From: Methanothermobacter thermautotrophicus str. Delta H
GTDB lineage: Archaea > Methanobacteriota > Methanobacteria > Methanobacteriales > Methanothermobacteraceae
Assembly: GCF_000008645.1 (NCBI RefSeq)
Contig: NC_000916.1
Location: 1,380,001-1,412,000 of the forward strand
DNA length: 32,000 bases
Direction of reading: 5' to 3'
Part shown: positions 19,301 to 28,296 of the stretch, piece after piece
How positions within the stretch are numbered: position 1 is the stretch's first letter
How the letters are laid out: each line of letters opens with the position of its first letter
Notes under the pieces: model-generated
The model's input: the letters and a program-made list of their open reading frames with translations, nothing else
Database searches by the model: none
Told to the model about the DNA's origin: nothing
Made by a program: the position numbers and the translations under genes

Positions 19301-19584
19301 GCCAGTTTTTCCCTCTCCTCGGGATCATCGTCGGGAACAGCCTGGGAGGCTATCTCAGCCGCGATCTGGAATGCAACCTCCTCACGTCCCCTGTCACCTT
19401 CAAGTTCCTTTATTCTCCTGGCTATTCCCTCGGGACCAACAAGCCCCTCAACACGTTCAGCAAGGTCCTTGGCAAGCGGTATCTCAGGGGTGGTGCTTAC
19501 ATCAAGCCCCCTGGCCCTCGCCTTTCTTGCGATCTCATAGAGGCGTTCTGTCTCCCTTTCAAGCTCATTGAAGTAGTCCATCAT
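16306..19584 (-). CDS. polC: DNA polymerase D large subunit (DP2), intein-free
   Basis: 1092 aa; [68 protein letters not shown], zinc ribbons [17 protein letters not shown] and [21 protein letters not shown]. Confidence 0.96.
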   Translation of the reverse strand: [1092 protein letters not shown]

Positions 19585-19727
19585 GATACATCACACATAA
19601 ACCTGAACTCCATTGAATTGTCTCTCAGTAATCTGGAGGTCCTTCAGTTTCAGCTAGTGAAACTTATATTATATGGTATCTGCAGAGATATAATAAGCTT
19701 TATACATCAAACTTATGGTGATTTTTC

Positions 19728-19886
19728 ATGGCAAAGAAGGATAAGAAGACACTTCCACCCAGCGGTGCAGGTCTTGTAAGGTACTTTGAAGAGGAGACGA
19801 AGGGACCGAAACTCACACCGGAACAGGTAGTTGTGATGAGCATAATACTGGCAGTGTTCTGCCTTGTACTCAGATTTTCGGGATGA
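19728..19886 (+). CDS. secG: preprotein translocase subunit SecG / Sec61-beta (52 aa), absent from the supplied ORF track
   Basis: Translation MAKKDKKTLPPSGAGLVRYFEEETKGPKLTPEQVVVMSIILAVFCLVLRFSG*, typical archaeal Sec61-beta; GGTGAT upstream of ATG. Confidence 0.93.
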   Translation: MAKKDKKTLPPSGAGLVRYFEEETKGPKLTPEQVVVMSIILAVFCLVLRFSG

Positions 19887-19901
19887 TCAAGGAGTGTTAA
19901 G

Positions 19902-21251
19902 ATGGCCATTCATCCAGTTGAATTCAGGTACGGGACACCTGAAATGAGGGTTATCTGGGAGGCTGAAAATAAGCTCCAGAAGATGCTTGACGTTGAGGCG
20001 GCCCTTGCACAGGCAGAGGGCGAACTTGGAATCATACCTGCTGAAGCGGCCTCTGAGATAGTCAGGAAGGCCAGCACAGAATTTGTAACCCTTGAAAGGG
20101 TTAATGAGATTGAGAGGGACACAAAGCATGATATTGCATCCCTTGTAAAGGCCCTTGCAGAGCAGTGTGAGGGTGACGCAGGGGAATATGTGCACTTCGG
20201 TGCAACATCCAATGACATTGTTGACACATCCAATTCCCTGCTTCTCAGGGACTCAATCTCGGTTCTCAGGGATAAACTCACCAGGGTACTTGAGGTTCTC
20301 CTTGCTCTGGCGGATGAAAACAGGGACAGGGTCTGCATCGGAAGGACCCATGGACAGCACGCCCTCCCAACCACCTATGGCATGAAATTCGCCATCTGGG
20401 CAGATGAGATCCACCGGCAGCTGGAGCGCCTTGATGCGTGCAGTGAAAGGCTCTGTGTCGGGATGATGACAGGAGCCGTCGGAACCACAGCGGCCCTGGG
20501 GGAGGAGGGCCTGGAGGTCCATGAGAGGGTCTCAGAGATACTGGGACTCAGACCGGTCCTGATATCCAACCAGGTCGTCCAGAGGGATAACCATGCAGAG
20601 TTCATAATGGTCCTTGCCAACATAGCCACAACCCTTGATAAGATAGCCCTCGAGATCAGGAACCTTCAGAGGACAGAGATAATGGAGGTTGGAGAGAAAT
20701 TTGACCCTGAGAAACAGGTGGGCAGCAGTACCATGCCTCATAAGATGAACCCAATAACTGCAGAGAGGATATGTGGTATTGCGCGTGTTATAAGGTCCTA
20801 TGTTGTCGCGGCCCTGGAGAACAACCCATTATGGCATGAGAGGGACCTCACAAATTCATCATCCGAACGCATAATCCTTCCTGAGGCATGCATCCTCACG
20901 GACTACATACTTAAACTGACACTGGATGTCCTCTGCAACCTCGTCTTCTACCCTGAGAATATTAAGAGGAACCTTGAATTCACAGGAGGCCTGATAATGG
21001 CGGAGAGGCTCATGGCTGAGCTAACAAGGAGGGGCATGGGTCGGCAGACAGCATATGCAGCTGTGCGCCAGTGTGCCATTGAGGCCAGCAGGACAGGAAG
21101 AAGCCTAAGGGATGTGGTCCTTGAGAGGTCCGAGATCATGGATTACCTTACAGTGGAGGACCTTGAGGAGATAATGAACCCTGAGACCTACATCGGATCA
21201 GCCAGGAGGATGGTTGAGAGGGTCCTTGAGGAATCACAAAAATGGCTCTGA
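19902..21251 (+). CDS. purB: adenylosuccinate lyase
   Basis: HPVEFRYGTPEMRVIWE, TKHDIASLVKAL, GRTHGQHALPTTYG, signature GSSTMPHKMNPI. Confidence 0.97.
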   Translation: MAIHPVEFRYGTPEMRVIWEAENKLQKMLDVEAALAQAEGELGIIPAEAASEIVRKASTEFVTLERVNEIERDTKHDIASLVKALAEQCEGDAGEYVHFGATSNDIVDTSNSLLLRDSISVLRDKLTRVLEVLLALADENRDRVCIGRTHGQHALPTTYGMKFAIWADEIHRQLERLDACSERLCVGMMTGAVGTTAALGEEGLEVHERVSEILGLRPVLISNQVVQRDNHAEFIMVLANIATTLDKIALEIRNLQRTEIMEVGEKFDPEKQVGSSTMPHKMNPITAERICGIARVIRSYVVAALENNPLWHERDLTNSSSERIILPEACILTDYILKLTLDVLCNLVFYPENIKRNLEFTGGLIMAERLMAELTRRGMGRQTAYAAVRQCAIEASRTGRSLRDVVLERSEIMDYLTVEDLEEIMNPETYIGSARRMVERVLEESQKWL

Positions 21252-21347
21252 TCGGTCTGGAAGACGCATATTCTTCTTAATACCTCAAAAAAATCTTCTC
21301 ATAAATTTTTTATATGTCCTGTCACCATAAATCATTATGGTGATAAG

Positions 21348-22250
21348 ATGGAGTTAAAAGAAATAAAGTCTGTGAGGGTTGTTCCCTACACAATAATGAA
21401 CTCCTCCATAGGGGCGATATGGGCATTCATATTCGCTCTCCTGATCCTTATATTCGCTGGGGCAATTTCATCTGCCCTTCCAGCCGAATTAAGGTCTCTT
21501 GGGGGGATAATTACTGGCATATCCGTCGTTGGACTGGTGGTCCTGCCGGTGGGTGTATTTCTGCTCAGCATCGTGGAATCTTTTCTGAGGGCATACATTT
21601 ACAATGGACTGACACCACGCCTTGGAGGCATCAAGCTTGCTCTGACAGGTATGGAGAAGGTGGAGTCCTTTGACATCGTGAGCACATCACTGATACTCTC
21701 TGCGGTGACAGCGCTTCTGAACCTCATATACCAGCTTTTAGCAGCCCCTCTCCAGTGGATATTCTTCAACACCGTGGCTAACATTGCAAAGACAGTTGAA
21801 CCATCGGCTGTATCAAGCATGGCTGCGGTTGGATCTGCAACGGCACTCGGGACTGTCATAAACATCGTGTTAACACCGGTAATGACCTTCATAGCATCCT
21901 TCGTGATAATTGCCATAGGACTCCTCCTCTACAACTTCCTGGCACCCAGGATAACACCCATAAAACTGAAACTCAGCGATTTCGGTGAGGGCCTTGTGAG
22001 TATAGATGGGATAGAGGCCATACCACTTGGACTCATAACCGGGTCAATCGCTGCGGTCCTTGGTTTGATAGTGGGGCTAATAGCACTGATCATTTTAGCC
22101 ATTGCAGGGGAGTACACTGCAGGTATCCTCATACTTGTGGCTTTAACAGTCGGCGCATTCATCTGGGCATTCATAGCATATGCAGTCACAGCCCTCTTCT
22201 ACAATGTACTGGCACCAAGGATAGGCGCAGTTCAGATAAGGCTCGACTAG
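21348..22250 (+). CDS. membrane protein with repeated YNxLAPRI segments (300 aa)
   Basis: Multiple hydrophobic helices; three repeats YNGLTPRLGGIKLAL / YNFLAPRITPIKLKL / YNVLAPRIGAVQIRL. Confidence 0.8.
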   Translation: MELKEIKSVRVVPYTIMNSSIGAIWAFIFALLILIFAGAISSALPAELRSLGGIITGISVVGLVVLPVGVFLLSIVESFLRAYIYNGLTPRLGGIKLALTGMEKVESFDIVSTSLILSAVTALLNLIYQLLAAPLQWIFFNTVANIAKTVEPSAVSSMAAVGSATALGTVINIVLTPVMTFIASFVIIAIGLLLYNFLAPRITPIKLKLSDFGEGLVSIDGIEAIPLGLITGSIAAVLGLIVGLIALIILAIAGEYTAGILILVALTVGAFIWAFIAYAVTALFYNVLAPRIGAVQIRLD

Positions 22251-22496
22251 GGGCTTTATTCCCAATTAATTTTTTTCTTTCTGCCAAAAACAGAGAGGAT
22301 GATGCAGAGCCCCTTAATTTCCCTCTATACGAACAGTTCCACGATATGAATGCCTTATTAAATGAATAATATAATAATAATTATTTAAACCCTTATAAAG
22401 GTGTTATTAATCAGCCGATGATTTTTAAGGGGGGCGCGGCACCTTTAATATGGGTGGTGAACATAAAATTACTCAGACATTAGATTCTATAAGGAG

Positions 22497-24827
22497 TTGT
22501 ATGGTGATCCTGTGATTGATGATTCACGTCTTCTGGCTGCAATGCCAACAAAGGCAGAAACATGTGTACTGAAAAATAATGGTGTACGGGAAAAATTCAG
22601 CCATGAAAAGCTCGTAAAATCCCTCCTGAACCTGGGGGCCAGTTTATGGACCTCCGAGAATGTGGCCTCAGAGGTTGCAAGGTCTGTCTACAATGGAATA
22701 ACCACCAAGGAGATAAAGATCCTGGTCTACGACTCCCTCAGAAAGGTGGATGAGGAACTGGCAGATCGTTACCTTGCAGCCAACAGACTCAGGGTGAGGA
22801 CATCAAGGGATAAGATAGAGACCTTTGACCAGAAGAAGATAGAGGACAACCTCATAAGGGAGACTGGCGCCTCAGAGGATGTTGCAAGGGAAATCGCCAC
22901 CGAGGTCTGGAGGGAGCTCAAGAAACTGAACGTGGAATACCTCACAGCCCCCATGATAAGGGAGGTTGTTAACACAAAGCTCATAGAGCACGGCCTTGAG
23001 ACCCTCAGGAAGAGGTACACACGTCTCGGGATCCCGGTCTACAACATCACAAACCTCATAGAGAACGGCTCCAGGGACAACGCCAACATGATCCACAACC
23101 CTGAAACCGTCCACAAGTACGTGGCTGATGAGGCCCTCAAACAGTACACACTCCTCCACATACTCCCCTCCAGGCTCGCAGACGCCCACATGTCAGGTGA
23201 CATACACATCCATGACCTCGAATTCTTCGCTGCACGGCCACTTAACTGCCTGCAGCACGATCTCCGGCTATTCATAAGGCACGGGCTCCGGGTTGACGGT
23301 ACAGGGGACCACACATCAGTTGCAGGACCACCAAAGCACCTGGAGACCCTCATGAACCATGCAGGGGAGATAATGCTGGCATCCCAGCAGAACATGTCCG
23401 GCGGCCAGGCCATGAGCCTCTGGAACGTCTTCGTGGCACCCTTCGCCTCAGGGCTGTCCTATGAGAAGATCAAACAGGCGGTCCAGATGTTCATATTCAA
23501 CCTCAACATGGCCTACGCTGCAAGGGGAAGTCAGGTACCATTCACAAGCATAAACCTGGAGTTCGGGGTCCCGGAGTTCCTTGAGGACGAACCAGCCTAT
23601 GGGCCCCGCGGGGAGTATGCTGGTGTATACGGTGACTTCGCTGAGGAGGCAAGGCTCCTCACAAGGGCCTTCACCGAGGTCCTCCTCGAGGGTGATGCCG
23701 ATGGGAAGCCCCACCTCTTCCCCAACACCATATACTCCCTCCGGAGGGAGACCTTCAGGGGGGAATTCGATGAGGAACTGAGCCTGGTCCATGAACTGGC
23801 ATCCAAGTACGGGACAGCCTACTTCATAAACATGCTGGCGGATTACAGGGGCAAGATGGCAAACTACATGGGCTGCCGTACGAGCCTTGCAGATAACTGG
23901 ACAGGTGACTGGGAGAAGGACTGCCTCAGGACAGGAAACCTTGCCTACATAACCCTCAACCTCCCCAGGATAGCCTACCAGTCACGGGATGATGATGAAC
24001 TATTCGAGTACCTTGATGAGTACATTGACATGGCGGTTGAGGTGCTCAGGATAAGGAGGAGCCAGGCTCAGAGATGCCTGGACGACTACCACCTGCTCCC
24101 ATTCCTCTCCCAGGAGATAGACGGTGAGAGGTACTACCGTATAGAGAATGCGACAATGAGCTTCGGATTCACGGGACTCAATGAGATGCTCGAGTACCAC
24201 CTTGGGGCAGGTATACAGAGCCCTGAAGCCAACAGGTTCGGCCTGAGGGTCATAGAGCACATAAATGAACGTGCAGCTGAACTCAAAAAGGAGACAGGAT
24301 GGCGGTGGAGTGTCCTCCAGACACCTGCAGAGTCCACAGCCCACAGATTCGCAATGCTGGACCATGAGCATTACCCTGAGGAGGCTGTGCTCCAGGGCAC
24401 CGAGGGGGCATACTACTACACCAACTCCAGCCACACACCCGTGAATGCAGAGGTGGACCTTGTTGAGAAGATAAGGATCGAGGAGAAGTACCACCCGCTG
24501 ACACCCGGCGGGCACATATTCAATGCATGGCTGGGTGAGGCGAAACCTGACCCAGCAGCCCTTGAGGGTCTCACCAGGAGGATCTGCAGGAGGAGTGACA
24601 TAGGATTCTGGGCGTACAGCAATGCCCTGAGCTTCTGCCTGAGGTGCAAGACCCTCATGAGGGGTCTGCAGGATTCCTGTGCACGCTGCGGCGAGAGGGA
24701 TGAGGTTGAGTGGTATGACAGGATCACAGGTTACGTACAGCAGGTGGGCCGTGCCAAGTCCTCAAGCGGTGGCTGGAACAGGGGTAAACAGCAGGAACTT
24801 CTTGATAGACGAAGAATAGACCTCTGA
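22497..24827 (+). CDS. nrdD: anaerobic ribonucleoside-triphosphate reductase (class III), ATP-cone N-terminus
   Basis: ATP-cone (VREKFSHEKLVKSLLNLGAS), DIHIHDLEFF, NCLQHDL, MSGGQAMSLWNVFVAPF, FCLRCKTLMRG...SCARCGE...WYDRITGYVQQVGRAKSSSGGWNRGKQQELLDR; true start may be GTG 22512 after GGTGATC. Confidence 0.94.
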   Translation: MYGDPVIDDSRLLAAMPTKAETCVLKNNGVREKFSHEKLVKSLLNLGASLWTSENVASEVARSVYNGITTKEIKILVYDSLRKVDEELADRYLAANRLRVRTSRDKIETFDQKKIEDNLIRETGASEDVAREIATEVWRELKKLNVEYLTAPMIREVVNTKLIEHGLETLRKRYTRLGIPVYNITNLIENGSRDNANMIHNPETVHKYVADEALKQYTLLHILPSRLADAHMSGDIHIHDLEFFAARPLNCLQHDLRLFIRHGLRVDGTGDHTSVAGPPKHLETLMNHAGEIMLASQQNMSGGQAMSLWNVFVAPFASGLSYEKIKQAVQMFIFNLNMAYAARGSQVPFTSINLEFGVPEFLEDEPAYGPRGEYAGVYGDFAEEARLLTRAFTEVLLEGDADGKPHLFPNTIYSLRRETFRGEFDEELSLVHELASKYGTAYFINMLADYRGKMANYMGCRTSLADNWTGDWEKDCLRTGNLAYITLNLPRIAYQSRDDDELFEYLDEYIDMAVEVLRIRRSQAQRCLDDYHLLPFLSQEIDGERYYRIENATMSFGFTGLNEMLEYHLGAGIQSPEANRFGLRVIEHINERAAELKKETGWRWSVLQTPAESTAHRFAMLDHEHYPEEAVLQGTEGAYYYTNSSHTPVNAEVDLVEKIRIEEKYHPLTPGGHIFNAWLGEAKPDPAALEGLTRRICRRSDIGFWAYSNALSFCLRCKTLMRGLQDSCARCGERDEVEWYDRITGYVQQVGRAKSSSGGWNRGKQQELLDRRRIDL

Positions 24828-25005
24828 GTTTAATATGGTCAGCCACTAACTGAATCTCTCTTATTTTTGCCGGTATGCCGATAGCTAATTTCTCAGTTGA
24901 ATGACAGAGAACAAACCAGTGCCTCAATTTTCAATATATATTAGAAGGTAGCCAGCCGTGACAGAATGAAAAATAGGAGAGAAGCTGGAGAACCACTGGG
25001 AGGAT

Positions 25006-26109
25006 TCAATCTTCAGGGAACCTCACAGGAACGGTCTGGGACTCTGATGAGCCACCGAATCCATGTGCTATCATGGTGTGCCTTCCTGCACCGCCTGCCA
25101 CAACGAGAACAACATCAGCGGGGCTCCTGGTTATATGGACCATGCCATCCACAATGAGACCCTCATCCAGCTTCCTCCCCCCACGGTCAGCCATCTCTGC
25201 AGGTACAACGGCCCCCTCATGGATATAGTTTTTAACATCATCCCGTGTCCATCCATGGGATGCAAGTGTCTCTGCATGTTCCGGGCTCATAATCACAAGG
25301 AGCTCCCCAGGGACGTGGCTGTTGTTACAGCCGGCGGTGGAAGCTGTATGGATTATGGTGTCAAGGAGGTCCTCGGGCCTCTGGCTACGGTGGTCATTCA
25401 CGTTATGGGGAGCCTCAACCCCCAGGAGGGTCACAGCACTATCCTCCCCTGATAGGCCCCTCTCAACGTGTAAAGGTTCCCAGGGGCTCTCCTCCTCATT
25501 CTCTGCAAGGCAGTAGGTGTACTTTGCAGGGGACCCCATGGTGGCATGGTCCCCAACACCGGGCACAGCCCCGGCTATGTTCATGAGGCAGAGCCTCAGT
25601 GCACGCCCAAGGCTTGCACCTGGAAGGTTTCCAGGTCCAAGGCACCCTGCCCCGGAATTGAAGTTCAGATCCCTGACCACGGGTCCGTTGACCACCACCG
25701 CGACTGATACAGGATGGGTCGTGGCGTTTATACCTGCAAGGTTGAATTCATCCCTTCCGATACCCTCAATGCATGATTCAAGGAGCGGCATCATCTGGGG
25801 TATGCAGCCAGCCATGACAGCATTAACAGCCACCTTCTCCACAGTCGCAATCCCCATCCTGGGGGGTAACGTCGCTATGACATCCCCGGGTTTTCTGGCT
25901 GTGTACCTGTAGAATTTCTCCACACGTCCCCTTGTGGGGGGTATGATGGGGAGACCATCGGTCATCCTCTTCTCATAGAACTCAAGGCTGACCCTCTCAG
26001 GGTCGGGGTCTACCATGACCTTCATATCCTCCTCTGATGAACCGCAGAGCCTGTTATCGTCCAGAAGGTCATCTATGAGGCATCCGCAGGATTTGTCAAT
26101 TTTAACCAA
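25006..26109 (-). CDS. conserved protein of unknown function, partner of the adjacent UGSC-like protein
   Basis: 367 aa; TTG start behind GAGGTGAT; blocks [71 protein letters not shown]. Confidence 0.85.
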   Translation of the reverse strand: MVKIDKSCGCLIDDLLDDNRLCGSSEEDMKVMVDPDPERVSLEFYEKRMTDGLPIIPPTRGRVEKFYRYTARKPGDVIATLPPRMGIATVEKVAVNAVMAGCIPQMMPLLESCIEGIGRDEFNLAGINATTHPVSVAVVVNGPVVRDLNFNSGAGCLGPGNLPGASLGRALRLCLMNIAGAVPGVGDHATMGSPAKYTYCLAENEEESPWEPLHVERGLSGEDSAVTLLGVEAPHNVNDHRSQRPEDLLDTIIHTASTAGCNNSHVPGELLVIMSPEHAETLASHGWTRDDVKNYIHEGAVVPAEMADRGGRKLDEGLIVDGMVHITRSPADVVLVVAGGAGRHTMIAHGFGGSSESQTVPVRFPED

Positions 26110-26113
26110 ACTA

Positions 26114-26623
26114 TCACCTCAGATGGTCCACTATGGCGGGCATAATCTTCCTGGCCTTCCTGAGGATCTCCTCAGTTTCCAGTCCAGCCACTGGATGTTC
26201 TATCTCAACTATCCGGAGGCCCGGCATCCCATGGGCGGCTGCAAGTTTCTCTGCATATTCCCTGAAAGTGTCTGAACAGATGGAGATTGTTGGAACCCCC
26301 ATACCCTCAAGACGAATCGCGTCAAGGATCACCCAGGTTGTGCAGGAGCCGCAGTCACCCAGGGCGAGTATGCAGAGGTCCCCCTCCCCGGCCCTGTTTA
26401 TCTGGTCCTCTGATGCAGGCGCACCGGCAGGTTTCTCAGACCACAGGAACCTTAAACCTTCAAGGGAGGACTCAACAGCCTCAAGTATGGTTCTGGCCCC
26501 GGGTTTGGTGTTGTCGAGGAGTGAAACTGTCTTAACTTCACCCACCCGGTTGACCGGCATCTCATCCATGCATGTATCTGCCAGAGGGTCCATCACATCC
26601 CTTTCAACAATCCTGACCTTCAT
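26114..26623 (-). CDS. UGSC family protein, cysteine form (CGSC)
   Basis: [55 protein letters not shown]; motif GDCGSCTTW corresponds to the UGSC (seleno)protein motif. Confidence 0.85.
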   Translation of the reverse strand: MKVRIVERDVMDPLADTCMDEMPVNRVGEVKTVSLLDNTKPGARTILEAVESSLEGLRFLWSEKPAGAPASEDQINRAGEGDLCILALGDCGSCTTWVILDAIRLEGMGVPTISICSDTFREYAEKLAAAHGMPGLRIVEIEHPVAGLETEEILRKARKIMPAIVDHLR

Positions 26624-26624
26624 T

Positions 26625-28208
26625 TCAGGCCTCCAGTCTTAGCCTCCTTATCACGAAGTCCCTCTCAAGTGAGAGGAGGAATGAAGCCGCCCTTGGCCCC
26701 ATCTTCTTACCTATGAGGACCCTGTATATTGCCTGGAATGCCTTCTGGGGTTTAAGTCCATGCCTTCGGAGTATGCTGTACATCTCGTCGTGGAGTTCCT
26801 CGGCGCTCATCTCCCGGGACTCCATGAGGTCCGCAACGTCCTGAAGGAATTTCAGCTGTGGCTCTGATAATTCAACATCCGGGAGCTCCTCCTGAACCTG
26901 GAACTTGACGAATTCAGGGGCATAGAGTCTCAACCAGTTTTTAACGTTCTCTATACGCTCATTCAGCTGTTCGAGCTGTTTATCTGTGAGCTGATCCAGT
27001 TCAAGGTCCATTAACTCCTCTGGAAGCTGTGAGTTTCTCCTGAGGATATCATAGAGCCTTTCAGGGTCATCACCCGCGATCTGGCAGGCAACCGTCATGA
27101 AGCGGTAGGAGGGCCTGAGGGGTAGATCGAATTCCTCTATCATTGAAACCCTGTAGATGTTCCTGAGCTTCTGTTCCTCCTTTTCTGATGCAGCATCCTC
27201 CATCCCATAGTAGATCCTCTCTGTCCGGTCGAACTGGTCCATCAGGTCAAGGAAGGGCATGTCCGGGTTGAAATCCTTGTGCTTCATGGGCTTGCTCCTG
27301 AATATGAAGTAGTTGAGGCTCTCAGGGGGTCCTATCTCAAGCCACTGGCCCGGTGTGAAGAAGACACCCCTTGACTTGGACATGGCCTCACCCCGGAGGG
27401 TTATCCACTCGTAGGGAACAGGGTAGGGTGCAGGATAGTCAAATATCTCCTCGGATATGATGCTGCTGACGTCATAGGAACCGCCACTTGCTGCATGGTC
27501 CTTACCGAAGGGTTCACAGGTGACGCCGAGGATCTTCCACCTTGCAGCCCACTCAACTCTCCAGGTGAGTTTACCGAGCCCTGATTTTATATCCATCTCC
27601 CCATCGAAGCCGCATTCGCACCGGTACCTGACGGTATCCCCACTAAAGTCATAGGCCTCCGTCGTGTTCACGCGGCCACACTTCTCACAGATCGGGTTGT
27701 AGGGTAGCCAGTCATCCCGCAGGGGCCTGTCCCTGAACCTGTTGAATATTTCCCTTATCTCAGGGGCCCTTTCAAGGGATGTTCTTATGTAGTCATTGTA
27801 GAGGCCCTCGGTGTACATACGGGCCCCGGAGTAGTGTTCGACGCCTATCCTGAACCTTTCAAGGGCCTCCAGGAAGGGCCTCTGGAAGTGTTCGACGAAG
27901 CTCTCACAGCAGCCCTCAGGGCAGGGTATCATGGAGTAGGGCACTCCGAGGTACTTCTCGTAGCTTTCAGGGAGGGGGTAGGGTACCTTTCTGAGGGGGT
28001 CGTGGTCGTCGGCTATCCAGACGGTCCTTGATTTGAACCCGTCCTTTTTGAGGGATTTGGCTATGGAGCTTGCTATGAAAACGTCGCAGGAATTACCTAT
28101 GTGTATTGAGCCGGATATGGATGTTCCGCTGGCAACAACGTGCTCTTCAACATCTCTCTCCTTCAGTTCATCAGCTATCCTTTCAATCCAGTGCTTCAAA
28201 GAGATCAC
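26625..28208 (-). CDS. lysS: lysyl-tRNA synthetase, class I
   Basis: [10 protein letters not shown] (HIGH-like) and AMSKSRG (KMSKS) motifs; [15 protein letters not shown]-terminus; start taken as GTG 28208 (TTG 28199 also possible behind GGTGATC) instead of 28259. Confidence 0.95.
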
Positions 28209-28296
28209 CTGTAAAAAACGTGATAGAATCAGTGCAACAAAAAAGTGTGTGAACTTCAAAATATATTAATCTTCTCTAAAAAAAGGAGTGGGTGGT

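Noticed and set aside
16306-19584. Possible intein in DNA polymerase D large subunit
   Set aside because: ORF length (1092 aa) and continuous conserved blocks show no inserted splicing or homing-endonuclease domain.
24828-25005. Intergenic region between convergent nrdD and the CGSC-partner gene, with small ORF 24724-24927
   Set aside because: The ORF overlaps nrdD antisense and has no recognisable signals; no clear RNA structure could be argued by eye.
26133-26642. 169-aa + strand ORF over the CGSC gene
   Set aside because: No recognisable domain; the minus-strand ORF has a strong SD, family motif and operon-like spacing.
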